From assembly GCA_963667725.2 (NCBI GenBank), contig CAXXHO010000005.1, positions 384,001 to 448,000 of the forward strand: 64,000 nucleotides of DNA. Direction: 5' to 3'. Positions 1-10,467 of the stretch are shown piece after piece (within the stretch, counting starts at the first letter, position 1; each line of letters opens with the position of its first letter). The translations under genes and the position numbers were made by a program. The notes under the pieces are model-generated. The model had not been told where the DNA came from. It made no database searches and saw nothing but the letters and a program-made list of their open reading frames with translations. Origin of the DNA: Treponemataceae bacterium. GTDB taxonomy: Bacteria > Spirochaetota > Spirochaetia > Treponematales > Rectinemataceae.

Positions 1-178
1 TCAAAATATCGAAGCTGACGTTCGGATGCAGCTTTTGATATCCTTCCGCCGCGTGCTTGAAAAGCGGTTCCATTTCCGGATAGCCGGACCACACGGAAAG
101 TTTGATCGGTTTATCGGCCGCGAAGGCGAGGCTGCCGGCGAGCAGCATGATAAACAGAATAGCGAACGTTCTTTTCAT
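1..178 (-). CDS. ABC sugar transporter substrate-binding protein, N-terminal part (runs off window)
   Basis: Manual translation MKRTFAILFIMLLAGSLAFAADKPIKLSVWSGYPEMEPLFKHAAEGYQKLHPNVSFDIL; signal peptide, GAGGGG RBS. Confidence 0.75.
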   Translation of the reverse strand, partial: MKRTFAILFIMLLAGSLAFAADKPIKLSVWSGYPEMEPLFKHAAEGYQKLHPNVSFDIL

Positions 179-245
179 TCTTTTCCCCCTCTTTAAATTT
201 TTTGTTGATTGCTCAACAATTTTCAAAAACGAATGTCGTTCATGC

Positions 246-280
246 CAGAGCGGCGCCAAGATATCGCTCGCGCCGCTCTG
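246..280. other. Intergenic hairpin (11-bp stem)
   Basis: CAGAGCGGCGC...GCGCCGCTCTG between SIS gene and binding-protein gene. Confidence 0.5.
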
Positions 281-298
281 TCGTTGCCGCTAGCCCGG

Positions 299-1054
299 CT
301 AGAACAGATGCTTTATCCTGCCGATGTATTCGTCCTGGTATTTGACGTTCGCCTCCTCCCCGCCCGGAACATTGGCGCTCTGCCATAGAGGCGGCGCGAA
401 TCCGTGATCCAATAGGTATCGCACCGTCTCGACCACGAGGAGATTTACGGTAAAACAGTTCGCCAAGGTGGAACTCGGCGCTACTTTCTGCTCCAGCCCT
501 TCGAATTCGACGACGGCGTCGCCATAGGGCATGCAGGAATTCACGAATACGTCAACGATTTCATGGAGATTCTTGCCGCTCGCATGTCGGGCCGGATGTC
601 CCTCCGGCACTTTCTCGCCAAATGACGGCGATGTCACGCCGATGGACTTGACGCCCCGCTCTTTCGCCTCGAGCGCCACCTCGATGGTCATGCTGTTGAT
701 GCCGTACGCGTTCACGATGATGATCAAGCCATCCACGATGCCGTAGGCGTCCAGAACCGCTTTCGCGTATCCGCTCGATCTTTCCACGAAATTCGAGCGC
801 AGGGCTCCATGGATGAGGGCTGTGCCGGGGTCGAGAATCGCGTTTATGGGAACGAGGCCGCCAGCCCGCCAGAACATTTCTTCCGCTCCGAGGTTTGAAT
901 GTCCCCCTGTGCCAATCACATGTATCAGCTTATCTTCCATTATGGTCGAACCCATAAGTTCGGCCGCTTTTCCGATCGATCCCGACGGATCGGCGAGAAT
1001 CGTTTTGTACATTGAAACGATTTTTTGATAATATTGTTCCGAATAAACCGACAT
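299..1054 (-). CDS. SIS-domain sugar isomerase-like protein
   Basis: GTGGHS, EEMFWRAGGL and LWQSANVPGG motifs; start moved to MSVYSE (AGGAG RBS). Confidence 0.85.
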   Translation of the reverse strand: MSVYSEQYYQKIVSMYKTILADPSGSIGKAAELMGSTIMEDKLIHVIGTGGHSNLGAEEMFWRAGGLVPINAILDPGTALIHGALRSNFVERSSGYAKAVLDAYGIVDGLIIIVNAYGINSMTIEVALEAKERGVKSIGVTSPSFGEKVPEGHPARHASGKNLHEIVDVFVNSCMPYGDAVVEFEGLEQKVAPSSTLANCFTVNLLVVETVRYLLDHGFAPPLWQSANVPGGEEANVKYQDEYIGRIKHLF

Positions 1055-1077
1055 ATGACTCCTGAAGGAACCCATTA

Positions 1078-1090
1078 GTTGTATTACAAC
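1078..1090. promoter_or_regulatory. Putative GntR-family operator
   Basis: Perfect palindrome GTTGTA-T-TACAAC; related site GATGTCATACAAC at 1265-1277. Confidence 0.55.
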
Positions 1091-1285
1091 ACAATTATAA
1101 TATGCTTTCACCGGCTGTCAATAAAAAACTGCGGCATTGTACGAATAATAATTAAATATCGATTGAATCTATTATGGTATATCAATTTATACCATATCAG
1201 CTCTATCGGTTACGGAAAATTTTCAAAAATTGACAATTAAAAATAAATGGATTACGATTATATCGATGTCATACAACTAGGAAGG

Positions 1286-2026
1286 ATGGAGTCAGTGCAA
1301 CGATTGAACAGTACCAATCTTCTGGAAGTCGCGCGAACTTATATAAAAGACTACATCGTCGGCAATAATCTCAAAAGCGGCGATCCCCTTCCTACTGAAA
1401 AAGAGCTTTCGTCCACGCTGGGATTGAGCAGAACCGTCATAAGGGAAGCGCTGAAAGGGCTGCAGGAACTGGGAATAACCGAGTCCATACAGGGGAAAGG
1501 CCATTTCCTGCGCGAATTCAACTTCGACGCGGCGCTCACCAGTTTCGATTTCATCATCAAACCCAGCCTGCGAAGCTTTAAAGATCTCCTCGAAGTAAGG
1601 ATGTACCTGGAATCCGTCTTTCTTACGCGCGACGTATTCCTGTTCACCAAGGACGATTTCGACGAACTGGCCGCTTTAATCGACGACATGAAGGCGCAGA
1701 TCGACAAAGGCGTTGAAGAAGACGAACTCATCAACATTCATTCGCTGTTCCATCAGAAACTGTACAAGCATTCGGGCAATATTTTTCTAAGCGAACTGAT
1801 AGACATGTTCTCCAGCATGCAGCATAAGCTGATAGTCATCCACGGGTATCATACGTCTGACCGGAGGGAATTCGTGCAGGGACATAGGGATATTCTGGAT
1901 TCACTGAAAAGGCGGGAGCCAGAGATGGTGCGCGGCGTGCTAATACGCCATTTTTCCGAACCTCTGACCTGGGTGCAGCAGAGAATACGCGAAGAGAGCG
2001 AGCAGAATCCATCAATTAAGAGGTAA
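1286..2026 (+). CDS. GntR/FadR-family transcriptional regulator
   Basis: wHTH LPTEKELSSTLGLSRTVIREAL plus FCD-like C-terminus. Confidence 0.9.
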   Translation: MESVQRLNSTNLLEVARTYIKDYIVGNNLKSGDPLPTEKELSSTLGLSRTVIREALKGLQELGITESIQGKGHFLREFNFDAALTSFDFIIKPSLRSFKDLLEVRMYLESVFLTRDVFLFTKDDFDELAALIDDMKAQIDKGVEEDELINIHSLFHQKLYKHSGNIFLSELIDMFSSMQHKLIVIHGYHTSDRREFVQGHRDILDSLKRREPEMVRGVLIRHFSEPLTWVQQRIREESEQNPSIKR

Positions 2027-2029
2027 TGT

Positions 2030-3175
2030 ATGAAGTACAGCGGCATCGATCCAGAATCGGGAAAATCCATCGAACTCATCGTCGAAAACGGCCGAATCGT
2101 CGCCATCGAAGAAAAAGTCTCCCGATCGCAAGACCTGCCCTTCATCAGCCACGGTTTCCTTGATATGCAGGTAAATGGTTACAACGGAAGCGATTACAGC
2201 CTTGAAGATCTCGATCGCCGTCATATCGATCGCATCATAAAAAGCCTGGCGGCCTCGGGCACCACCCAGCACGTCCCAACCATAGTAACCCGCGCCAAGG
2301 AACAGATACTGAAGAACCTTCGTATGATCACGCGCTCGAGGCACGAATCCCCCCTTATCGATTCGGCGATCGCCGGAATCCATATCGAAGGCCCTTTTAT
2401 CTCCGGAGAGGATGGACCAAGGGGAGCGCACGATCTCAGATATGTCAGGGATCCCGATTTCGAGGAATTTCTGGAGTGGCAAGACGCGGCGGAAGGGCTC
2501 GTAAAAATCATCACCATAGCCCCGGAACGGGAAGGCGCCCTGGAATTCATCGAAAAAGTCGTAAAGACTGGCGTCATCGCCGCCATCGGCCACTCGGCGG
2601 CGAGTCCGGAGCGAATCAGGGAAGCCATAGCCGCGGGCTGTACCCTTTCCACCCATCTGGGCAACGGAAGCCATGCCAGCGTCCCCCGTCTCAGGAATTA
2701 TATTTGGGAACAGATGGCAGCCGACAGCCTCGCGGCCGGCATCATCGCTGATGGATTTCATCTGCCAGAGTCGGTCGTAAAAGTAATGGCCAGGGCAAAG
2801 GGTCTGAATAACCTCATCCTCGTCAGCGACGTGGCCCTCATAGGCGGATATCCTCGGGGAATCTACAGGTGGGGAAATCTCGACGTTGAAGTCTTCGAGG
2901 ATGGACATATCGGGCTTCCCGGCACAACCTTTCTCGCCGGGGCCGCCCATCTTCTCGATTGGGACATTCCAACCTTCATGCGCTTTACCGGCGCTACCCT
3001 CGGAGACACTATCCACCTATGCACGGTCAACCCCGCCCGCCTTCTCTCGCGCATCCCTTCGGCCGGCCGGCTCGCTCTGGATTCCCCTGCGGACATTGTC
3101 CTGTTCCGTTTCAAAAAAGGCGAGAAAAGGCTGAAGGTGGGAAAAACATTGATCAACGGCGAAGAAATAGAGTAA
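2030..3175 (+). CDS. nagA: N-acetylglucosamine-6-phosphate deacetylase
   Basis: GFLDMQVNG, GIHIEGPFI, THLGNG, IADGFH motifs. Confidence 0.85.
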   Translation: MKYSGIDPESGKSIELIVENGRIVAIEEKVSRSQDLPFISHGFLDMQVNGYNGSDYSLEDLDRRHIDRIIKSLAASGTTQHVPTIVTRAKEQILKNLRMITRSRHESPLIDSAIAGIHIEGPFISGEDGPRGAHDLRYVRDPDFEEFLEWQDAAEGLVKIITIAPEREGALEFIEKVVKTGVIAAIGHSAASPERIREAIAAGCTLSTHLGNGSHASVPRLRNYIWEQMAADSLAAGIIADGFHLPESVVKVMARAKGLNNLILVSDVALIGGYPRGIYRWGNLDVEVFEDGHIGLPGTTFLAGAAHLLDWDIPTFMRFTGATLGDTIHLCTVNPARLLSRIPSAGRLALDSPADIVLFRFKKGEKRLKVGKTLINGEEIE

Positions 3176-3296
3176 GTAAGCCGCGGCGAATCTGCCAGCG
3201 TATTCCTTAAAACCAGTCTCTCAATTTGCCGCCAAAGTAGCATTGTAAGTATAATATAGAGAATTCTTTATATCGTACTTTAAAGGAGCGGCCTAT

Positions 3297-3698
3297 ATGA
3301 AATTTATCCCTTATCTGGTTTTTCAGGGCAAGTCCGAAGAAGCCATGAAGTTCTACGAAAAAGCACTTGGCGGAAAAATCACCGGTCTGCAGCGTTTCGG
3401 CGACATGCCGGGCGAATCCTCCGGCGCCGCCTTCAAGAACTATGTTCTTCATGGAGAATTGGTAGCCGGCGATATCAAAATATATTTCTCAGACTCGGCT
3501 GAAGCGGTCGCGGAAGGAGAAAACGTAACCCTTCTCATCGACTGCTCATCCGAGTCCGAGGTGGATAGGCTCTACAAATCCCTTTCCCAGGGCGGCACAG
3601 TTCAAATGTCCCTTCAAAAGACGTTCTGGAACGCGAAATACGCGAATGTAAAGGATAAGTACGGCATCACCTGGCAGTTGAACTATCAGTTCGCCTGA
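3297..3698 (+). CDS. VOC/PhnB-family protein
   Basis: PYLVFQG..EEAMKFY, KTFW, DKYGITWQL. Confidence 0.85.
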   Translation: MKFIPYLVFQGKSEEAMKFYEKALGGKITGLQRFGDMPGESSGAAFKNYVLHGELVAGDIKIYFSDSAEAVAEGENVTLLIDCSSESEVDRLYKSLSQGGTVQMSLQKTFWNAKYANVKDKYGITWQLNYQFA

Positions 3699-3728
3699 AG
3701 CGTCCAACCGCTAAAGCACAAAGGAAGA

Positions 3729-3935
3729 TCAGCTGCTGGTCTTCCTTTTTCTATGTTTCATGAGAAGCTTTTTCGCCCTTTCGTAATCTCGTTCATCGAC
3801 GGATATCGTCACCTCGTTGCCGGAAACGCTCTGTTTGCCTTTCGCGTTCGTCTCATAAGCGATATCCGCTTCCTGCAGAACGGCGGCGAACAAGTCCACC
3901 TTCGCCTTGCTCTCAAAAGTCCAAAGAATCGTCAA
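3729..3935 (-). CDS. Small hypothetical protein (DUF2007-like)
   Basis: 68-aa ORF with GGAGG RBS; V..RDYERAKKLL motif. Confidence 0.55.
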   Translation of the reverse strand: MTILWTFESKAKVDLFAAVLQEADIAYETNAKGKQSVSGNEVTISVDERDYERAKKLLMKHRKRKTSS

Positions 3936-3988
3936 TACAATAACCTCCCCTATGCAAGAATCACTTCCCCGCCGGCGCTCGAATCGCC

Positions 3989-4432
3989 TTATCCTATCTT
4001 TTTCTTCCCACGTTTCTTCTTTCTTTCTTCTTCGATTTTCATGTTTTCATCCTTCCTGAATCTCACGATTCTTCGTATCAGTTGCTCAGGCAAAGACGCA
4101 TCTATCGGAAACTGAATCGCTCCCTTGGAATTCTTATACTCCCCGATTTCTTTTTTGAAATTTTCCACTCCGCTCGGCGCGGGATAAAATCCAATATGGT
4201 TCGCGTATCCGGCAAAATGAACCAGATTGCCGAACAGGTCATAAGTTGGCATTCCGTAAGAAATTTTCTCCCTGGCCTCGGGAACTTCCTCGCTTATAAT
4301 CTTCCTGATCTCATCCAGCCTTTCCTTCGCTTTACCGGAAAATGTCCGTATATAGCTGTCTATAGGGGATTCATTCCCTTCATTTTCCCTTACTTCGATA
4401 GTCCCATTATTTTTCACGGCAGACTTCTCCAT
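3989..4432 (-). CDS. DUF1801/YdhG-like protein
   Basis: EKISYGMPTY..LVHFAGYANHIGFYP..SKGAIQFP; start uncertain. Confidence 0.8.
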   Translation of the reverse strand: MEKSAVKNNGTIEVRENEGNESPIDSYIRTFSGKAKERLDEIRKIISEEVPEAREKISYGMPTYDLFGNLVHFAGYANHIGFYPAPSGVENFKKEIGEYKNSKGAIQFPIDASLPEQLIRRIVRFRKDENMKIEEERKKKRGKKKIG

Positions 4433-4477
4433 GCTTAACAATTTACTCTTGAGCATCGATGAAAGCAATTCCAGCGA

Positions 4478-5272
4478 TCACGATTTGCTTGCATGAAGGA
4501 TTAATGATAACGGAACCCCCTTGTTGTTCAAGGCTGAAAACATCCCATCCGCTATATCGTAGTCGAACTCACGTATCTTCCTGATCGACAATCCGCTTTC
4601 AATAATGGCATTCAGTATGTTTTCTAAGGAATGCGAAAAACTCGTGAAAGTCTTTGACTTGTAGGATTTCCCCGTAATGTAGTGAATTCCCTTGTTTTCC
4701 TTCCATACCTTGCTGAAATACGAATTGACAAGCCTATTGGGGGCCGCTTCGTCATAACCGTCCTCGCCTGGGGCACCTAGCATATTGGTCACAGGATGCA
4801 TTTCATGGATAAAGACTGAACCATCGGCTTTCAGGCACTTCGCTACCATTTTAAAGAATGGTCCCAAATCCCGGAACCAGCAGAGCGCGCCAATGGTGAT
4901 GACTATGACATCGAAGCTGTCATAGTAGGCAGCTTCGATCTTCAGAATATCGGTGGCGATGAATCTGCAATTAATATTTGCCCTCTTCGCGATATCATTG
5001 GCGAATGAAACCTGGTTTTCCGCTATATCGAATCCAATACCCGATTTGAAGCCGAATTTCATGAGCGACATCAGTTCTCTGCCGTTATTGCAGCAAAACT
5101 GAGCGATGGTCATTCCATTCATGTCCAATTTCGACAAAGTCTCGATAAAATTTTTATCCATGAAGGGAAATTTTTCGACATTCAAACGGGTTATGATATC
5201 GGCACCCCAATCGACGCTTCTCTCCTCGAAAGCCTCTTCCCATGCCTCTTTATTGGACTGAATGTAATCCAT
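4478..5272 (-). CDS. Class I SAM-dependent methyltransferase
   Basis: QFCCNNGREL, GFDIAE, GALCW, EMHP motifs. Confidence 0.8.
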   Translation of the reverse strand: MDYIQSNKEAWEEAFEERSVDWGADIITRLNVEKFPFMDKNFIETLSKLDMNGMTIAQFCCNNGRELMSLMKFGFKSGIGFDIAENQVSFANDIAKRANINCRFIATDILKIEAAYYDSFDVIVITIGALCWFRDLGPFFKMVAKCLKADGSVFIHEMHPVTNMLGAPGEDGYDEAAPNRLVNSYFSKVWKENKGIHYITGKSYKSKTFTSFSHSLENILNAIIESGLSIRKIREFDYDIADGMFSALNNKGVPLSLILHASKS

Positions 5273-5294
5273 GCGCGTCTCCTGATTTATCCTG

Positions 5295-6095
5295 TCATCG
5301 ACCGGCGATTAAAGTGAAAGTCTTCGGAATTCCCCTGTCGAATACTTCGCTTGATTGATTGGGCTCTTCTTTCAGGCTGCGGATAATCAATCCTTCCTCA
5401 GCCATGGACGTCACTATTTCCCCAAGCGTCCATTTTCGAATATAGACAAATTGCTTGATTTCCATCGAATCCAGATGCTTGCCGTAGGCGACTTCTACCT
5501 TTTCGATGCTTTTATCAAAATAGTCGCCGGTGATTTTATACTTTCTGATCTTTGCGGTAGATCCACGATAGCTAATCAGCTTTGTGGAAACAGGATGGAA
5601 ATCTTTCAGGATGAATAATCCCTCATTATTCAGCATATCGAATGCGATTTTCATGAAAGGGTTCAGATCGGTGAAATAATGAATAATCCCCATTTCAGCC
5701 AGGACTATATCGAATGTACGGTTATCGACATAGTCCCTTATTTTAAGGATGTCCGACTGTATGTAGTTGATTTTCACCCCTGCCGACGCAGCCACATCGA
5801 GCGCGTATCGCCTATTTTCCTCGGAGAAATCAACTATCGTAACTTCCGCCCCCAAGACGGCGAGGGCCACCGCCTTGGTGCCATTCGACCCCATCATATT
5901 CAATATTTTTTTGCCTTTTACCTCGGCAAATACATCTCTCAGCGATGACAATATTTTCTTGGGATCGGCTAATATTTTCCTCGCGATTTCTTCAGGCTTG
6001 CCGAAACGCTCTACCCAGGCGGCGTAGCTGTCTGAATTCCAGGAATTCATGTTTATCGCGTTGATATCCAGGCCGGAGCCTATTTCATTATCCAT
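5295..6095 (-). CDS. Class I SAM-dependent methyltransferase
   Basis: MGSNGTKAVALAVLGA, DFHP, RKWTLGEIV; start at MDNEI. Confidence 0.8.
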   Translation of the reverse strand: MDNEIGSGLDINAINMNSWNSDSYAAWVERFGKPEEIARKILADPKKILSSLRDVFAEVKGKKILNMMGSNGTKAVALAVLGAEVTIVDFSEENRRYALDVAASAGVKINYIQSDILKIRDYVDNRTFDIVLAEMGIIHYFTDLNPFMKIAFDMLNNEGLFILKDFHPVSTKLISYRGSTAKIRKYKITGDYFDKSIEKVEVAYGKHLDSMEIKQFVYIRKWTLGEIVTSMAEEGLIIRSLKEEPNQSSEVFDRGIPKTFTLIAGR

Positions 6096-6150
6096 TACGA
6101 TGCGCTCTCCAATATGATCGGTGACATTCATTCTCCAGGGCGTTATTATT

Positions 6151-6402
6151 CTATCGGGTAAGTTCCTCAAGGTTTTTCAGATACCGTACGGCATGTTTCT
6201 TATCCTCTCCGCACATTTCACGAGATGGCTGGAAATTGCGGCATACGGCGGGATACTTCTCCGTCTCATATAATGCGCATTGCCAATTTTTCCTAAGATT
6301 TATGCATCTTGTCCCGGCGGGTTTTCCCTTTTCCATTCCGGGAATACTTGAGCTGATGGAGATGTGGATGCAGCATGCTGCGCATCCTGGTCTGCATTTC
6401 AT
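6151..6402 (-). CDS. YkgJ-family cysteine-cluster protein
   Basis: CRPGCAACC..SISSSIPGM..GKPAG.RC. Confidence 0.85.
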   Translation of the reverse strand: MKCRPGCAACCIHISISSSIPGMEKGKPAGTRCINLRKNWQCALYETEKYPAVCRNFQPSREMCGEDKKHAVRYLKNLEELTR

Positions 6403-7190
6403 TGCCCCTCCCCAATCGCTCTGGCATGTATATCGATTTCAATCTTCTTTATGACTCTATATGCCTCAGCCAATAGGGAATCCCCATCTGCGGTTTTTTC
6501 TTTAGGCAATATCTCCATATTCAGGATTCCCCCATATTCTTTCGGAAATCGATGGATAAATGCTTCCCAATCTATTTTGCCTTGATACGGAATCCAATGA
6601 TCGTCGACACGACCGTCATTATCAGATATATGCAGACATAACAGCCTCTCCCGATACTTCTCCATTATTCCGAATTTCAAGTCGCTATAGAGGTTGTCAT
6701 GCGACGTATCGAAGCATAGGCCCAATACAGGATCCTCAATCTCATGAAAAACCTTCTCAAGAACATTGTTCTGCTTAGTGTTTTCCGCCGCGATACGTAC
6801 TTTTCTGTCTTTGGCGTATTCTATAAGTCTTCTAAGCGCGATTAGTCCATATTCATTAGCTTCCTTGATCCTATAGCCTTTGGTCAAATGTATCACAAGT
6901 ATCGGGATTTCATTTTTCGAACAATAATCTATATGTCTTTTAATCTCCAGCTCCGTCTCCCAAGACTTATACTCATCCCATAGACTATTGATATTTCTAT
7001 ATGGAGCATGGGCATACTCAAGAATCAAACCGCAATCTTTAATGATGCTCGGCTTATCCTCCAGATCCATTTCCCGACGATCATCTTCGCCTATCCATAT
7101 AGAGGTTGAATCGAATCCGGCATTTTTGATGGATTTGATCCTTTGAATAAATGTTTGGGGGACGCCATACCAGGAAAACACACCTACCAT
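6399..7190 (-). CDS. Sugar phosphate isomerase/epimerase (TIM barrel)
   Basis: AAEN, CFDTSH, LHISDNDG..DDHWIP..GKIDW. Confidence 0.8.
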   Translation of the reverse strand: MVGVFSWYGVPQTFIQRIKSIKNAGFDSTSIWIGEDDRREMDLEDKPSIIKDCGLILEYAHAPYRNINSLWDEYKSWETELEIKRHIDYCSKNEIPILVIHLTKGYRIKEANEYGLIALRRLIEYAKDRKVRIAAENTKQNNVLEKVFHEIEDPVLGLCFDTSHDNLYSDLKFGIMEKYRERLLCLHISDNDGRVDDHWIPYQGKIDWEAFIHRFPKEYGGILNMEILPKEKTADGDSLLAEAYRVIKKIEIDIHARAIGEGQ

Positions 7191-7288
7191 CAGCCTATTA
7201 TATACCTTTTGGGGCTTTCAGGTAATTATCCATTTCTCGATCTTATTGATCGAAGTGCTTTGCGCGGAGTTTTTAGCGGCAACCCATG

Positions 7289-7510
7289 CTATAAATATTT
7301 CTTCTCAAATATATGAAGCGTTTCATGAAGTTTTTCATGCGTTCCTTTCCCCATTACCTCCTCTTCATAATCCTCGAAGCTCTCCAGTAGTTCAGCCTGC
7401 TTTTCTTTTGGTATCATCTTATCCGCTATAGGAAACAAGACAGTATTCTCTTTTACGATATGATTTCTCAAAAGTTCGATATATTCTGCAGCGCTTGCGA
7501 TATATCCTTT
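7289..7510 (-). pseudogene. Hemerythrin-domain protein, 3' fragment
   Basis: YIELLRNHIVKENTVLFP motif without a 5' half. Confidence 0.6.
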
Positions 7511-7538
7511 ATAATGGAATCAGCGAGAGAAGCCATCC

Positions 7539-8439
7539 TTATTTTTTCTTGATCAGCGCGTGCCAATCCTCGATGGAATGACGTTGATAGCCTAAAAAGG
7601 CCTGCGTACTCTTAGTATCATACCAATCCAGATAGTACGAATTATTGTCTGTTGGGAAAAGTGACTCGTCCGAGATCCGCAACCCTAAAGGCTCAAAAAC
7701 GCTTTTAATGAATTCTTTCACTATAGTCTGGCACCCTTTCAGTTTTCCTCCAGCAATAAAGCCTTTTACCCCCACCATTTCTTTGGCTTTCAACATCTTT
7801 TTCGCTGTCGAAACAAGCGCGAACGCTACATCTATATCAAAGACAATTTCGCAACGTGCGTTTAGAGGCATGTCAAATAAAATTTTAGCCATAGATAAAA
7901 GACTAGCTATGTTAATAACGGTAGGTAACACTGCCGAAAGCCTTAGAATGCAGAAGGGAAGGCCTAATTCCACTATTAATTTTTCTGCGTCTATTTTGGT
8001 GCTCGAATAGACATCAGACGCTATAAGGCAGTCATCGGGCAATATCGGAGAATTCCTATCCTGCGTATGTCCCATTACGCTTGCAGAAGATATTTCGATA
8101 ATAGCGGATTTATGTATTTCTTCTCTTAAAGCTTTTATTACATTTTTTGTTCCGTCAACATTTACTTCTTTACATAATCCCGGTTTTTCCTCGCTAACTG
8201 GAGGAAGAATTGCAGCCATATGAATTACAATATCTTGATCGGTTACCGCCTTTCGTATTTCTTCGTAGTTGAGAATGTTTCCTAAAAATATCTTTACGCC
8301 CTTAGCGGTATACTTTTTTGAATTCTTAATATTTTCTTCTCGGTACATCGAAAATGGTGGCATCATAGCCACGTTTTAGGCATTCCTCTACTACCAAAAG
8401 GCCAATATTCCCGAATCCACCGGTAATAAGTATTTTCAC
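7539..8439 (-). pseudogene. NAD-dependent epimerase/dehydratase, frameshifted
   Basis: MKILITGGFGNIG (GTG at 8439) is out of frame with body (IHMAAILPP, YSSTK); shift near 8330-8345. Confidence 0.7.
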
Positions 8440-8463
8440 TTTGGTAATTTAGGTTGCCTTCAT

Positions 8464-8904
8464 CTAAAGATCCACTATCTCCAATTTAATGTATTTCTTC
8501 TTAAGATAATTGGTTATGACTCTTCTATGACATTCGCTTGCATTCTCTTCGTTGCATAATAAACACGCTCTGTTCAGTTCGGATTCTTTAAATATATTTT
8601 CAGCTCTTCTTTGCTCAAGAATCTTTGAAAATTCACTTTCAAATTCGCTCATGGTTATCTTCTTCTCTCTTTTTGCTACCATTAGTTCTTTGGTCGGCGC
8701 AAAATCCTTTTCATAGATGTACTTTATGTCCGCGATTTCCTTCAAGAAATATTTAAAATCATTTTTCTTCGTAAATCCAGCTAATTGATTAGTATTGCTT
8801 AACCTTATGTCAATTATTTTCTCAATATAATATTCCTTCAACAAATCAAATAATTCTCTTGCGCTTTTTCTATTGGATCCGATGGTATACAGTATATTCT
8901 TCAT
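8464..8904 (-). CDS. DUF488-family protein
   Basis: LYTIG, IDIRL.NTNQLAGF, CLLC.E...CHRR. Confidence 0.85.
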   Translation of the reverse strand: MKNILYTIGSNRKSARELFDLLKEYYIEKIIDIRLSNTNQLAGFTKKNDFKYFLKEIADIKYIYEKDFAPTKELMVAKREKKITMSEFESEFSKILEQRRAENIFKESELNRACLLCNEENASECHRRVITNYLKKKYIKLEIVDL

Positions 8905-8955
8905 AAAACTACATCCTCCATATAGCTTGAATATGATCTAACGCTAGGAATCAAC

Positions 8956-9612
8956 TCATCTATTTTTAATGGCAAGCTTTAGTTCTTTATAGCTATCGTA
9001 GATCGTTGAATGGACTATCATTGTAGGGTCGAACTTCAATATGCTAAATGTACTTTGTATGCAAAAGCCAATCGCAAAACCAGATATTACTGTCCCAATC
9101 CCCACCATACCGCCCAAAAGCCACCCTAGTATTGTGGCAGTCAGCTCAATTATACTTCGAATGATTCCTATCGGAAGCTTGATCTTTCGTGCTAATGCCA
9201 CCATTAAGCCGTCACGAGGCCCTGCTCCAAAGCCAGATCCAATATAAAAATAGGATCCTAATGAAATTATATATAGTCCCGCTATTAATACCAAAACTCC
9301 CAAATACGTATTTTCAATTATTGGCACAATATCGCTTAATAGTATAATATCAAGAAATAATCCTATTAAAATCATGTTGAGTATTGTTCCGACGCCTATT
9401 TTTTCACCCATAAATAACGTAATGGCGATAATAATGATTCCAACAATTATACTCGCTTCACCTATGCTGATTCCAACTGACACACCTAACCCAACATGAA
9501 AGACTTCCCAGGGTCCATATCCAATATTTGCTTTTATCGTAAATACTATTCCTAAAGCGTAAAGGAAAAGCCCACATATCAATTTGCAGAATTTCAGTAA
9601 AATTTTTGGCAT
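8956..9612 (-). CDS. YczE/YyaS/YitT-family membrane protein
   Basis: GYGPWEVFHVG, GAGPRDGLM, many TM segments. Confidence 0.85.
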   Translation of the reverse strand: MPKILLKFCKLICGLFLYALGIVFTIKANIGYGPWEVFHVGLGVSVGISIGEASIIVGIIIIAITLFMGEKIGVGTILNMILIGLFLDIILLSDIVPIIENTYLGVLVLIAGLYIISLGSYFYIGSGFGAGPRDGLMVALARKIKLPIGIIRSIIELTATILGWLLGGMVGIGTVISGFAIGFCIQSTFSILKFDPTMIVHSTIYDSYKELKLAIKNR

Positions 9613-9674
9613 TATGACGGAATCTCCTTGTCTACTATCGTGAAATTTTGCCTCAGTGCGTTTGCCTTATGTCG

Positions 9675-10265
9675 CTATAGGTTAGGAACAGGTTCAAGAG
9701 TCCTTATTTCTTCTTTAACCGTTTCACTTTCAATACTATCAATAAACCACTTTTTCTCATACTCATTCATTTTTTCCAATGCTTTTGAAATGCCATCCTT
9801 ATCCTCGTTTCTCAATTCCTCGGTTTTATACAACAAGGCTATTTCCGGACACAAATAGGGAATTCTATTATCGGTAAATCTAATTACATTGCTTCTTTCA
9901 TGTTTTATTTTATTATTTCTTCCATAAATCCAATCGACATCATCCTTTTCATTCAGCAATATTTTTATCTCGGAACCTTCATATTCAATACATAGCTCAC
10001 GTATTGGCAATCTTAGATATTCTTTTTTCCATTCTTTCTTCTCAAATTTTCCTATACGGCTTCTATTATCAATATAGCATTTTTTATATTTTCCTAAATA
10101 TCTGAATAACTGCATTTGCTGCTCTCTATAAATCCCAATCTCAATATCATCATGGATCCTTGTTTCTTTATCAAGAAAAAGTTCAATCGCCCAGTCGCCC
10201 ACAATAAACCACGGATATCCAAACTTGTTCATCATGTTTTTTACTTTAATACACATTTCAAACAT
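9675..10265 (-). CDS. Nucleotidyltransferase-domain protein
   Basis: WFIVGDWAIELFL..TRIHDDIEI, PYLCPEIALLYK. Confidence 0.7.
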   Translation of the reverse strand: MFEMCIKVKNMMNKFGYPWFIVGDWAIELFLDKETRIHDDIEIGIYREQQMQLFRYLGKYKKCYIDNRSRIGKFEKKEWKKEYLRLPIRELCIEYEGSEIKILLNEKDDVDWIYGRNNKIKHERSNVIRFTDNRIPYLCPEIALLYKTEELRNEDKDGISKALEKMNEYEKKWFIDSIESETVKEEIRTLEPVPNL

Positions 10266-10467
10266 ACAATCTCCAATACGCCGGGTTATCTTTCTTTCTT
10301 TTTTGTAGATTTTACTATTACAGGCATATTTGCCCACTTCACTAAGGAATGATTCCGATAATTATTATCGCGTCGTAAAAATTCCACCAAATCCACCAAC
10401 TCTTTTTTTATTTGAATAATAGTATGAATTCCCCAACAAACGGTACACCATACTTAATCGCAATTGA

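Noticed and set aside
2012..3016. Long antisense ORF over nagA, and repeated shadow ORFs inside IS1634, IS3 and IS256
   Set aside because: They overlap well-supported genes, show no motifs, and recur only because the IS is repeated
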